DNA of 63,368 nucleotides, filler included, from Collodictyon triciliatum (lineage: Eukaryota), in assembly GCA_043381765.1 (NCBI GenBank). It is 8 parts of 8 records of this genome, joined end to end, with 100 filler letters (N's around TTAATTAATTAA, not from the genome) between each part and the next. Parts side by side here need not be neighbours in the genome. Positions count along the whole stretch, not along the records: positions 1 to 9,273 come from JBHJMP010003096.1; positions 9,374 to 18,646 come from JBHJMP010003097.1; 6 more parts are not named here. One strand, 5' to 3'. A program made the position numbers and the translations under genes. The notes beneath the pieces were generated by a model. It saw only the letters and a list, made by a program, of their open reading frames with translations. It did no database searches and was not told where the DNA came from. Below, piece by piece: positions 1 through 12,800 of this stretch; the first letter of the stretch is position 1, and each line of letters begins with the position of its first letter.

Positions 1-132
1 CTTTCTTTTCTTTTTCTTTTCTTTTTCTTTTCTTTTTCTTTTCTTTTTCTTTTCTTTTTCTTTTCTTTTTCTTTTCTTTTTCTTTTTCTTTTTCTTTTTC
101 TTACCATTTAATGACAAAGATAAACTCATTAG

Positions 133-1942
133 ATTGTTTGCGCGAAACGGAGCTCGACTTGTTCTTTGGGACATCCGTGAAGACGGGATTTCTGCTGTAT
201 TTAATTATTCCCTTATTTTTATTATTTATAGAAAACAAACAAATAAACAAAAACCAACCAACATAGGCCTCAGGAATATGGATATTTACTTATGAATTGT
301 CCAAAGGAGCCTTCATCAAACAACATAATTTTCTATTAATATTATTTATTTGCCCAGGTTGCTGAAGAAATTCGGTCAGAGACTGGAGGTGCACAGGTGT
401 ACACTTTCGTCTGCGATGTTGCTAACCGCTTCAGAGTTTGTCTACCATATATTAAGTGGAATGATTGTTGCACAAAATCTCAAGGAAGAATAAAAAAAAA
501 GTGGAATGATTGTATTTATCTATATTTACAATCGGCAATTGTAGTAGACTAAATATGCCTACACAAATAAATGATATCGTTGCGACGAGGGGACGGTTCA
601 TATCGAACCATGAGATCTATTGCCTATCCTAACCCTGTTTTATCGCTCATATGTCAGGTTTATGAGACAGCTGTGAAAGTGCTAGAGAAAGTTAATCGTA
701 TTGATATCCTCATCAATAATGCTGTAAGTCAGCTCTTTTGTAAGGATGGCCGACCGTATCTGTAAACTTTTCTTCATGCTCCCCTCTTTGTCAATTAAAC
801 AAGGGATAATTCATGTAGGGTATCGTGTCTGGAGGCCACTTCCTTGGAATCAGTGATGAGCAGATTATTCGCACTTTTGAGGTGAATACCCTGGCTCATT
901 TCTGGACAATTCGTGCTTTCCTTCCGTCGATGTTGGCGGCAAATACTGGTCGGTTTGGTGAATTAGCTTCGTTCTTCTATCCTCACATGATTTTCCTGCC
1001 TTGGCAATTTTTGCCGTGTGCTCGTACTACATGTAAACCAAACAAAACTGTTAGATGTATTAAAATTAACACCATCAGGACATATCGTCACAATAAGCTC
1101 GGCGGCTGGATTGATTGGAGCAGCCGGTATGACTGACTATGCGGCATCCAAGTTTGCTGTTTTCGGGTTCCACGAGTCTTTGCGTTTGGAATTGAAGCAC
1201 TTAAAAAAGAATATCCGCACCACGGTTGTTTGCCCAGCCTTCATCAACACTGGTTCTCTAATCACAAGAATAATTACTTAAACACATGCATAAAGCTGTT
1301 AAATGAGCAATCAATCGACATTTTTGAGGGCATTCGCTCTAAACCATTTTCTCTCTGATGATCTGAACATAAAATTACATTCTAAACAATGTCCAGGAAT
1401 GTTTGATGGATACAAGCCGAATGCATGGCTCACACCGCCACTAGAACCTAAGCAAGTGAGCGAATAGAATCTCAACTCTCCATGACTACGCTTTGGAAAC
1501 CTACCATGCATATTTATTAGACTCCCTTCGATTGCGATGGGCTCATGGTGATGGAAATATGATTATTATTTCTCTCAATGGAAGGTGGCGAAGTCTGTCT
1601 ACGATGCTGTCCGATATGATAAATTAGAGGTTTCCATCCCGGTGACCTCCTATGTCGTCTATCTGTTGCGCATGTTGCCTGTGCGCATGTTTGACTGGCT
1701 TGTCTCGTTTCTGGGGATATCCAAATCGTATAACTTCCCATTCTTATCAACCTTTTCCTATTGTTGTTGGTTTTTTATATAAAAAAGAAGAATATCGTCC
1801 CCCATGGACGCAACACCCCAAATATGCTTAATACTATCTTATTTAAAATATCAGGATGGACAGCTTTAAAGGAAGAGGAAAGGAATTCTCTCTGGCTGGT
1901 TACCAAGAGAAAGCTGCCTTGGAAGCCAAAAAGAGCAACTAG
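133..1942 (+). CDS. Short-chain dehydrogenase/reductase (SDR16C / retinol dehydrogenase-like); 8 visible exons, 5' end outside window
   Basis: GT-AG exons splice to [14 protein letters not shown]...CDVA...[13 protein letters not shown]...[10 protein letters not shown]...[11 protein letters not shown]...[20 protein letters not shown]...[11 protein letters not shown] (NNAG motif, catalytic YxxxK). Stop TAG at 1940-1942. Confidence 0.92.
454..513 (+). mobile_element. Micro-retroposon copy A (5'-truncated, in SDR intron)
   Basis: TGCACAAAATCTCAAGGAAGAAT(A)9 flanked by direct repeat AAGTGGAATGATTGT (454-468, 499-513). Confidence 0.75.
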
Positions 1943-2532
1943 GACACAGGTTGGGAGTCGTCCATAATTATTCGTGGCTCATTGGGTTCAAACTCCTCGT
2001 TCCTTGGGTTTCGCTCCCCTCCCACGCTCTCCTGTTCACTTCTTTGTCTTGTGTCCTTTCCCCTCTTCTTCTCACATATGCACCCTTCATTACAGACCAG
2101 CCTTGTCCGGACTGAATAAAGCATCTATTGGTTGTGTGTTTTGCCACAAAGTGATTCGGGTTACGCAGCACGTTTTTTGTTTTGTTTAATTTTGATTCGT
2201 TCATTTCCTTGGTTCCGTAATCGCAACACACGCATTCAGTGAAGCGGTCACAACTGAGTTTTATATATTTATGGAATATATGTATATTTTATGAAACTGT
2301 GGATATTAACCAGGAGTGTGCATGCAATGAATATGAAATATTGTATTAATATATCAATTATACTATGCAGAACTTCCATAATCAGGGTGTGTCGGATCTT
2401 GTCCTGGGTGGGTTGTTTAACGGACGTGCCTTTGATCGCCGTGACAACTGCAGCAGGTTCCTTCCCGTGGCGAGCATGCCCATGCATGAGATGAATATGA
2501 CGGTGTAAAGGAGGGAAGAACAGCGTCAAAAC

Positions 2533-2800
2533 AAGAGAAGAGAAGAGAAGAGAAGAGAAGAGAAGAGAAGAGAAGAGAAGAGAAGAGAAGAGAAGAGAAA
2601 AGAGAAGAGAAAAGAGAAGAGAAAAGAGAAGAGAAAAGAGAAGAGAAAAGAGAAGAGAAAAGAGAAGAGAAAAGAGAAGAGAAAAGAGAAGAGAAGAGAA
2701 AAGAGAAGAGAAAAGAGAAGAGAAAAGAGAAGAGAAAAGAGAAGAGAAAAGAGAAGAGAAAAGAGAAGAGAGAATAGAGGAGAAAAGAGAAGAGAAAAGA
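2533..2800 (+). repeat. (AGAAG/AGAAA)n intronic microsatellite
   Basis: Directly visible. Explains the low-complexity ORF 2269..2859. Confidence 0.95.
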
Positions 2801-2964
2801 AAAGAGAAGAGAATAAAAAAATAAAAATAAAAATAAAAAGGGAAATTTAAATAGAACAAAAGAAGAACAAAAAAAAAAAAAGAAAAGAGAGAGGTAGAAA
2901 ATAAGAGCAGGAAGGAAGCCTATCTCTGGATTAATTCAATTATCCTATTTTTTTCTCTCCAAGG

Positions 2965-5686
2965 ATGAGTGTATCTGCAGCGAAGGGAAAGCCATTGATA
3001 GCCACGGCCCATACAAAAGCAGTTGCATTAATAGTACAAGATTTTCTGGATTATGAACAGGCTCGGAACTTAACAAAAAGATATATTCAAATGGCAGAAT
3101 ATCCCTTTTTTATTTTTAATTTTATTTTTACTTTTTCTTCCGATCTTTGTTCGTTATATTTGTTGATTCGAAAGGGCTTGCTAGAATTATATTTGAATGA
3201 ATATTATCGTTGATATGTCTGAAAATATTTTTCTTTATTACAGGAACTAGAGAAGGTTGATGATGAGAGGATATGTGATTATGTTGCCCGAATACTTTCG
3301 AAACTATCCTTATACTGCCGCGCATCCGTGGAAACACAATCGTTGATTGGAGACCTTCTGGGAAACTACGGAGTTCGGGTATTTTTTTTTGGATTTTAAA
3401 AAAAAACTAGTCCCATGTCAAATTAACATCTTCAGGCTCATATTTTGTTTACCTTCCGTATGTGTTTCGTATACATGCAAAATAAAAATGTTTGTTTAAA
3501 TCAAATATTTTGATGTTGATGTGGGATAATTCCTACTTTGATATGGATCAGTGTTTAAAACAGTCGGGTTATTTCCATTTGAATTGCTCACTTAGTGCCA
3601 TGAGCACCCCAGAAAAGAAAGAAATAGCAATACTGTAATTTTTTTTACTGTAATAATAATAATAATAAAACACTCCACACAGAAAATATTTGCGTTATTT
3701 GACCATGACAATATACAAGTGAGAGCGAATGCCCTTCGTCTGGTATGTGATATGATATTCCAAAATCCAAAAAACCAAGCCAGAGTTGTGCTCCAAAATG
3801 GCCTCTCTCACGACGGGGTAGTTTTTACACACAATAATTTTCTTAAAGAAATCCTTTTATATTTTTTTTTAAATTTAATGTCGAGGAAATTAATCGAATG
3901 ACAAAAATCTTAGATTCGAATTTTTGCCATTCCGTCAAAGCTAAGAGTTCCATTCCAATCACTTATGGATGTTTTCACAAGTGCGAATCCCAACTTTGTC
4001 AAAGTGACAAAAGGACACAAACTGTTATACGAAGATGACGTAAATGGGGAATGTAGGAATGTTATGCTACACTAATGCACAAATAATGATAAATCAATTT
4101 CTTCTGATATTGATATACAATTAATATTAAGTTTATATCGATATCATCTTCCATATCTGATTAATATTGAAAATCTACATCAAAAAACAAAGAAACAGAA
4201 TTAATACTTACCTATTATTTTTCTTTGGGTCTTATATTAGATTTTTTAGCTTTTGTAAAGACACTGGTATTTTGCTATCGCAATACAAGCAATCCATACT
4301 TTTGGTCTTTTCCATACTTTGAAACGAGTGGACACGAAACACCTGACCCCAGGGAATATCTCCTTGGCTTTGAGACTGACGTTTTTAGTCAGAATGATAT
4401 CTCAAATGATTTCGTCTGGTCTGAAGAGATGTATCAGTATGTTTTTCTTTCCTCCAATTAATTGATGATGCATATTCATTTCCTTTCTCTCGGCACATCA
4501 AAGCTCATCCTTATCATCCTACCCAACACAAAACTGTTTTGTACAACACACATAGCTTGTTGATTTTATGAATGAATTAGATAGTATGATGCTGATACCT
4601 TTTTGTTGCAGATATTTTCTCTCTGCGTATATTTCTCTCCAAAGAACCGAAGATGATAATCAAGGGAGAACAACGGTTAGAACCACAAATGCACAAAGTA
4701 GCCTTGATTCGAGGACGGAGGGTGTTGCTGAGGGTTTCATTCCTTTTCAACCGCCGAGATATCACCAAATTATGAAAAATAACCCCTATCGTGGATTGCC
4801 TTTACATTCGGCGCGTCGTGCTTCGCAACGCTTACAGCAACCAATGACCTCCAAGCTGTCTCAAACCACTGGGATACCTGACCCGGGGAGAATACTTATC
4901 GTGGAGGACATTTTGAGCACAGAAGAGATAAAATCCGTCGAAAAAAATACACAACTCATAGCGCATTATTTAAAGCAGCATCCATGTCCAAGTATCCTGG
5001 AAAATTCACACAAGGTTTCAAAACAGTCCAAGGAAATGAGCCCAGAGCTATGGCTACAAAGAAAGGCGTCATTCAAATCAAACACACATTCCACAAAATC
5101 ACCCCGGCCTCCTTCTGCTCCAAAGAAACTGGGTGTCCAACAAGGAAAACCTCCATTATTGTCGATGCAGTCTGAGTCCAAAGACATCGGTCAACCAAAG
5201 GAAATGAAAGCGGCATCTAAAATTACACAATCATTCTACAAAAACGTTGGGATGAGCCCTTTAGATTATGACATCGCACAAACCATACCACTTCAGTTAA
5301 CACCAAGCGCAATAGCTAATGCGCGCTTGTTTGGATCTACGCAATCGAAGCATCGGCTGACAGATTCTCGCAGTGACGTCATGATAGAATCAAAAGCCGA
5401 GTTAGTTGACGGATACTCAAAGATTATTTCTTTGCCCATGCAGAAAGTAAAGCAACGGCCTGGGAGTGCACATTTAAAATCAGAGTCTGCCTCTGGTCAC
5501 ACGCCACGGCCTCCACAGCCGTTTTCATCTTTTGCAACGCCGGCCACTGAAATGCGTGCCCGTTTGCGAAAGGAGCGAGCCCGCCCTACCACTGTTTCTG
5601 AATTGAGCACTCTCCTTCGGCGACAAAACCAGGCCCGCCCGTACTTGTCTCCTTACGTATCCTCGTCCAATTATTCATCACGGTAG
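2965..5686 (+). CDS. Unknown protein, helical/ARM-like N-terminal part plus low-complexity C-terminal tail; about 6 exons
   Basis: Exons near 2965-3093, 3244-3377, 3683-3817, 3914-4052, 4241-4436 and 4612-5686 join in frame (e.g. KIFALFDHDNIQVRANALRLVCDMIFQNPKNQ, ARM/HEAT-like). A possible upstream exon lies at about 2371-2456. The first donor is probably GC. Confidence 0.65.
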
Positions 5687-7120
5687 GCACATATTTTTTC
5701 TTTCGTAGCCATCAATGCGATTCGATGAGCACATTACTCGTCATGTGGTTATTTATTTTGTCGATAGACACACAAATTCTATCGTTGCGTATTTACGTGT
5801 AAGCGCGTCATATTCTGATATTATGAATGACAAATTAGTTCATCAAAATCAGCCGCGTCCATTCTCCTTGATTTCCAAGCACTTGTGATGGATAACTCTA
5901 GGCCAACCAAAGATGAAGTCGAATCTGAAGAGGGGAGTGAGTTCTACGAAGTCTAGTATTTTCCTCACTCTATTGCAGTTTTCTTGTGTTATAAACATAT
6001 CCTTCTCTACTCTCTGAGCCAACTCAATTAATAGAGGAAACGAGAAGTGGATGATTTTTTCTTTTCTTTTTTAAAAAAGTTAGTAAAAAATATCGAGGAT
6101 TTCATATCGTCTGAAAGAGCAGAATGGGATGTGAGGAAAGAGATAGCGAAGAATAGCGAAATAATCGACGCACATATTAAATGCTCAGAAAAAAAGTATT
6201 TTTTCTGGTTCACAAACACAATTGCATACCATTTCACACGATGAACTTACCTTCGTGGTTCGCCTTAATACCCATGTATCCTCTTTCGATTGACATATCT
6301 ATCAGAAAATTATTGCAGCGCAGTAGCTATTTATATACACATATTTGCTGTTTTTTTTTTAACTGCTCGAATACGTTTCCATCACCTCTGTGGCTGGTTT
6401 CCGTATCGCTCATTCGACAGCGCAGCTTCTGTGCTCCTGAATCACGCAATATTACACCACTTTCTTCTTTTTGCATCTCTCCCTCCATAATGCGATAGCG
6501 CAGCTATCTCTGACACAGTCGCGATGCGATATTCTTGCCATCCTGGGACTCTCACAAACCGACGGGCACACGCAAGTGCGGTGCCGCTTCCTGGTGGCCA
6601 TGACTCTGGACGCAGTCTTTTACTGCCCGCTTATTTGTGTTGGGTGAATAGCGATACCGCAGGCGCGTGAAGATGGCTGAGTAAAACATATGACCTGCCA
6701 CACCCAGCGAGAGAAGCTGCCTGCCCAAGCACAAGAAGCGAAGCGTCCAAGGAGTCCAGACGCAAGCAATTACTCTACATAGCTCCGCACGACCTGTTAT
6801 TTTGTTTGTATATTGTTTTTTTTATCCCCTTTCTCTTTGCTTCCTTTCTTCCCTGCGTTCTGTTGGCCTGAAATGAAGGCAGCAGTTGCGTGGTGAAGTC
6901 TTTGGGCCTCCTGGGCAGTCGCCATGAAGGTTGTTGGGGGCGGTTGCTTGGAACAGACTTTCGCACTCATGCTGTCTCGTGGCAGATCGAGCTTTTGCCT
7001 GGTGTTCCAGTTGAGCTATGGACTCTTGAACAATGTCGCTGGGAGTTTTCAGTCCTCTGGCTCTGGATTTGCGGAGGAGGAGATCGAGTGATCAATATAC
7101 GTTTAATTGTAGGTTAGGAG

Positions 7121-9162
7121 ATGGCCGAGCGCTCCGGTCAAACTCATGGAACAGACTGGGGACTGAGTCAGTTTGCTTCCTGTGTCCAGGGCCATTTGCC
7201 GAAAGACGGAAAGGTTTTGCTCAACCCTTCACACGATTATACTTTTCAGCCCCTTTCCCGAATGGATGTTTGTTGTTGCTCTTCTTCGACCTTAAGCTTA
7301 CCCGTGTTCTTTTGCAGACTCTTCATTTCATTTTTCTATTATTTTTTATAATTTAAATGAAGTATTAAAAGGAAAAAATGAAGTGGACTCTTGTTCTCAA
7401 TTGCAAATAAAAAGAATGAAAGTAATATATTGGTTGAAAAAAAAGATAGTTTACAAACTATCAAAGGAGCAAAATAATGTATTTTTCTTCTCGAAAACCT
7501 CAACATAAAAGATAAGGCTGGCAATCTTTTATGATATCGTGAATATACTCAATTAATAGAGAGTCGACGCTAAAGATGTTCGTTCGATTATTGCGAAGCT
7601 AGAGGCAGTCGAGCCTGGATTTTCGGTCTTATTTATTGTTATTTTAAAATCCGATGCACACAATGTAATTATTCCCCATTTTTGAAATTTACTCCTCTCA
7701 CTTAATAAGTTTCACTCTAATTAATCGATTCCTGAAACTATAAATAGAAACAAAAGCTCGTCCGAGAAATAAGATCAAGACTAACGGGTCTATTTTCAGC
7801 AACTATCGAACAAAGACTCATGAACATCACCGAAGGTACAGTCGAATTCTATTTCCAAATAAAAATTAATCATAATGGCTCACAATTGTGTTTTCATAGA
7901 CTTCTTTATTAAAAAATCGACGGTATCGAAATTATAGATTCAGTTTTAGAGTCAGTACTGCAATGCATCATTAATGACATATCGACAACGACGGACTTTA
8001 AAGGATTTTGTCATTCCTTAAAAAGAGAACTGCAGGAATCATCGACGAGGATTAATAACTTGGAGAATGTACTGGAAGAAAATGACGGGGTTTACATATT
8101 CCAACTGCCTTCCCATGATTCTGATTCCCTCAACATAGAAGGAAGTGAAGACGGTCTTAGTTGTGTATCCTTATCAAACCATATGAACGCGTCCTTTACT
8201 AAAAATAACGTCCTAATACGAGTTTAAGAATTGTACACTTTTCTTTACACATAGCAATCTTAAGTTTAGCATTATTGGCGTGCCATAACCATGAATTTAG
8301 CCACAGTCGTTTACTGGAGTTATCTATCGCATAGTTATACTCTAGTTATCGTTACCTTTAACTTCCAAAGTTGTCACTAACCAGTATCCCGACAGTTGAT
8401 GAAGTTTTACGCAATATAAAACTAATAGATTCTAGCCAATCTATTGAAGAAAAAAGATCAGCTATGAATGTAATTGATTTTGCTTCTTTTTTTTTTTTTT
8501 AAAAAAAAAAAAAAAACATTCCTAGAATAAGACCTCATGCATATATTCTTACATTCCGTAGTGAGTGACATGAGAATTCAATAGGAAATACTGGAGTACT
8601 CTGCTGGTGATTTAGTATGTAGCCAGCACTGGAGTTTAATTCTAAAGACGCTTCAGACAACTTTGTCCTCTCCCGACATGAGGTAAGTCCATCACAAGAA
8701 AAAGAAATTTAAGTATAAATAAAGCTAAAAATATTATTGCAAAAAAAAAAAACGAGAAATGAAGAAAATGAACTATGATGGAGTTATATTATCTTAAATT
8801 TATTATGAAAATATGTAAATTAAATATATCAAGCCGAAATTATTCTTTTTTGCGTGTGTGCACATCTAAGTTTCTCGTCGCAATAGTTTAAGTGAAGCAA
8901 GCTTGCAGCTTTACTCCCGAATGTTTAAAGCATGTGCACCAGTTCAAACTGGAGAGGTAGAGCGAATATAAATTCAATTATTTATAAAAATTTTACCCTC
9001 ATGCTTATTTCACATTTTTATTTATAACTGAAATAAAGCGCATCAATCATACGATCCTAGGTTTACATCAGCTTTTTGGAGCATATGTCATCCCTTTTGG
9101 ATGTTGATGTCGAATTATCCTCTGATAGCGGACCAACTGGGATAGACTACATCGCTCGCAAA
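7121..9162 (+). CDS. TBC1D32: BROMI / TBC1D32 (broad-minded)-like ciliary protein, N-terminal part; truncated by contig end
   Basis: Spliced exons give IIAKLEAVEPGFSKQKLVREIRSRL...IKLIDSSQSIEEKRSAMNEILEYSAGDLVCSQHWSLILKTLQTTLSSPD. As I recall, these align colinearly with the BROMI N-terminus (ILLHLEETDENF...LDPGQPKEVRYEAL...DVLNCENW...LSDPD). Confidence 0.65.
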
Positions 9163-9184
9163 GTTGCATATGCCTCATTTACAA

Positions 9185-9273
<89 letters not shown>

Positions 9274-9317
9274 NNNNNNNNNNNNNNNNNNNNNNNNNNN
9301 NNNNNNNNNNNNNNNNN

Positions 9318-9329
9318 TTAATTAATTAA
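9318..9329. other. Artificial contig linker TTAATTAATTAA in N padding (also 18691, 28063, 37469, 46836, 56201, 60396)
   Basis: Identical six-frame-stop 12-mer flanked by about 45 N on each side, seen 7 times. Confidence 0.98.
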
Positions 9330-9833
9330 NNNNNNNNNNNNNNNNNNNNNNNNNNNNNNNNNNNNNNNNNNNNAAAATAAAAAGAAAATAAAAAGAAAAT
9401 AAAAAGAAAATAAAAAGAAAATAAAAAGAAAATAAAAAGAAAATAAAAAGAAAATAAAAAGAAAATAAAAAGAAAATAAAAAGAAAATAAAAGAAAATAA
9501 AAGAAAATAAAAGAAAATAAAAAGAAAATAAAAGAAAATAAAAGAAAATAAAAAGAAAATAAAAAGAAAATAAAAAGAAAATAAAAAGAAAATAAAAAGA
9601 AAATAAAAAGAAAATAAAAAGAGAGTAAAAAGAAAAAAAGAGTAAAAAGAAAGAAAAAAGTAAATAGAAAATAGAAAACGGATTATAGAAAAAAGAAAAA
9701 AAGGAAAGTGTATATGAAAATGAGAGTACATAGAGACTCTGTAATTGAACCGACAGCATTCCCAGAAAGCATGAAAGAATGATAAATCCGATAAAACTGA
9801 GAAAAATAATATAAGACGTGAATATAAATATAC

Positions 9834-12800
9834 TGATGGCAATTTCATACTTCTGATTTCATCATAATCCTTCCTCGCGAAAATGCCGTGGTTTTCATCG
9901 TAAAGAACGTGCTCCGCTTTGTGCATATTTTCAGCAGACTCAGCGTTGCGGAGTTTGAGATCGCCCAACAAATCATGAGTCAGTATATTCTCTTCGATCG
10001 CTTCCACAGCTTCAGTTTTATCCCCTGCAGCCTCTGGCAACACAAGAGGTGCCAAGGACGGCCACTTGTTTCGTGCGCCTCGACTTTCTTTCAAATCAGC
10101 TGTTGGAATGCTCATGGCAATCTCGAAATTAAGGTTCATGCTGGACCTCGATAATTCGTCGTCCTCTATCGCCCCAATATCGTAATAGCTGACATCGTCA
10201 GATTCGGTCTCTGTTGTAGGGTCTGTTTCGCTGATAATGTAAGCGTTTGTTCGGAAGCTGAGCTGCCGGTGTCTTCCTTGCATCGCGTTGAGTCTGCGGG
10301 AAAGAATCAACCGTCAACACGAATTAGTACATGAGCATAGAGATTTCGTGGAAATAGAAAAACCTTTGTTGATCGAGTTCAGTCTGATGGATTATCGTGA
10401 CTACAGGATGTATCCAGTTAATGGGTGTTTAGATTTCTATCAGAGCCTTCTTACTTCAGGACGACATATATGTTGTCCGATATTAAGACTTACGAATATT
10501 TTCAAGAGCAGGAAGTCGAATAAGATTCTGAACGAGTGGATTTATTACGCTCATCTTGACAAATTGCAGATAATATGGGTCGCTTTCGAAGCCCCACATA
10601 TCCTAGAAGTAACCCAAAAGGTAGTATCAATCATTTGTTCTATAAGCACAAAATAATAAAATTGACGGGCACAGTGAAATATATTACCATATTTTCTTCA
10701 TGGGAGAGACAAACACGTACCGCCTGTTTTCCAGAGGATGAAACAATATCCCACATTTCTGATAGTTTTTGGAAAGACTGTGGAGCATTCTGCTTAATGT
10801 CATCCAATACTCGATTATACCTCGGAGCCAAACTGCATATTGATTATTCATTATTCATGTAGCGTTTATTATTGCAATTTGTATAAGCGGCTTGTCTGAC
10901 AAATTCATATGTGGATGGAATTGGCGTACTTTTTAGATACAGATTTTTCGGGAATAAGGCAGAGGATTTTCACTTGGGTTTCATATCGCAGACCAGTAGT
11001 CAATGACAGTAGCATTTCATGAATACTACTAGTGGGTGCAATATCACCTATTCCAATTTTGAATAAAAAAGATACGTTGATAGGAAGTATTTCACATTTG
11101 AACTTATCTCATATTGGGCTTTGAAATAGCTAAAATTATGTGTACATGAAAAGATAAAGTCCATCACAAACTGTAAAAGAGCAAATGACGAGCCCAAATG
11201 GCTGAGTTAAACGTGAATCTCCTTTCATTGTCAAACTGAACATCCTCATGATTTAATTCCAAGACGATAGAAAGGGAATACCGCCTCCACACTCGATCTA
11301 GAATTTCTTCTCGGTTTCTATATGCGATATTCAGTCGGTCTCTGACATGTAAGAACCTATCATGGCGGATGAAACATAAGAAGCAATTAGTATAAGGCTA
11401 ATGAAAACCACGTCAGGTTTTTTTTTTCGCCCTCATGTATAGCTCGAACGCAGAAAAGGCATCACCAAATATATCGGCAGAGCAGTCGGGCAAGAGGCCA
11501 GAGGGAATCTGATTCTACGTCCTCCAAAATCTGCGACTGAAAAGATGCATTACTTTCTCGTGGAGAAGCAGGAGTTGCATTTGAATTTTGCTCTGTTGTG
11601 TGGCTCATCAATGACGAAATATTTGGATGCGACATAAACTTGGGCAGTTCTACTTTCAGGAGAAGGAGACATATGCATATCATTCTTGTAATTGTCGTTC
11701 TAGAGTCCAATTCTGATTGGTACTGTTGGTGGACAGATCTGGAGAGAACACCCTTTTGCATGCGGGCAGCAACTACTAATGAGGTGTAGCTACAGTCGGC
11801 TGTAATTGGGTCGATGTCTCCAGGACAAAATAGTTTTATAGATTGCAATGGTTGTTTGACTCGGGGGCTTTGAATGGGCTGCTGAACATCAGCTTCAAAT
11901 AAATCTTTTTTTATATATGTGAAGAAAATAAAGTATGAGATGAAAAGCACATATTGTTAAAGTTAAAAAAAGTTTCTTTATTATGTTTAGATGAATATTT
12001 TAAAGCTGGTTTTCTTCTTTAAGAAAATGATAATGAAATGGTAAAGTTGGGGATGAACAATTCATTACCACATGACCGAAAGTCGTATGGATAAGGTAGC
12101 GGAAACTCGGTAAGGATTCTGACAGAAAGGGATTTGATGGCCTCCTTCAGCTTTTTGAGAATTATACTCAACGCATACTTTTTAAGTTCACGGCTACTGA
12201 CTTGAAATTTCAGAGCGGCCTCAAACACACTTTATGAAAAGATAAATGGATGTACAAAGATATATTCAGAATACAATAATTTTACTGAGCATCAATAAAA
12301 CAAATGGAGTTTGTAAATCATGGGAATGACTTTTTAATTGAAAAACAAAAAGGAATTTAAAAGCTAACTCGTTAATTGTTTTTATATCCAAATTCATCGC
12401 AGCAACTTGTATCACATATTTCAGAACAGCGGTGCTAACTTCCAACATATGGGCCTCTTTAGCCAGCTCACATGCCTGATTTATTTTGTTTTATTTTAAT
12501 CTTGTAATTTGATTTCATGTCTAAAAAAATGTGTTTAAAATTCATCATCAAAGTGCGAGAAATTTGGACAAGTAAATACGCTACATAAAAGAGGAAAGCT
12601 TAGGGAAATTTTTAATAGAAAAAGAAAAAGAAAAAGAAAAAGAAAAAGAAAAAGAAAAAGAAAAAGAAAAAGAAAAAGAAAAAGAAAAAGAAGAAAAAGA
12701 AGAAAAGAAGAAAAGAAGAAAAAGAAGAAAAAGAAGAANNNNNNNNNNNNNNNNNNNNNNNNNNNNNNNNNNNNNNNNNNNNNNNNNNNNNNNNNNNNNN

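Noticed and set aside
3099-3110. ATATCCCTTTTT resembling a U12 AT-AC donor
   Set aside because: Imperfect consensus, the downstream acceptor is AG, and the phase fits the GC donor at 3094 better.
5830-6970. Possible small spliced gene on the minus strand
   Set aside because: Some exon-like segments exist, but I could not build a consistent frame or recognise a product.
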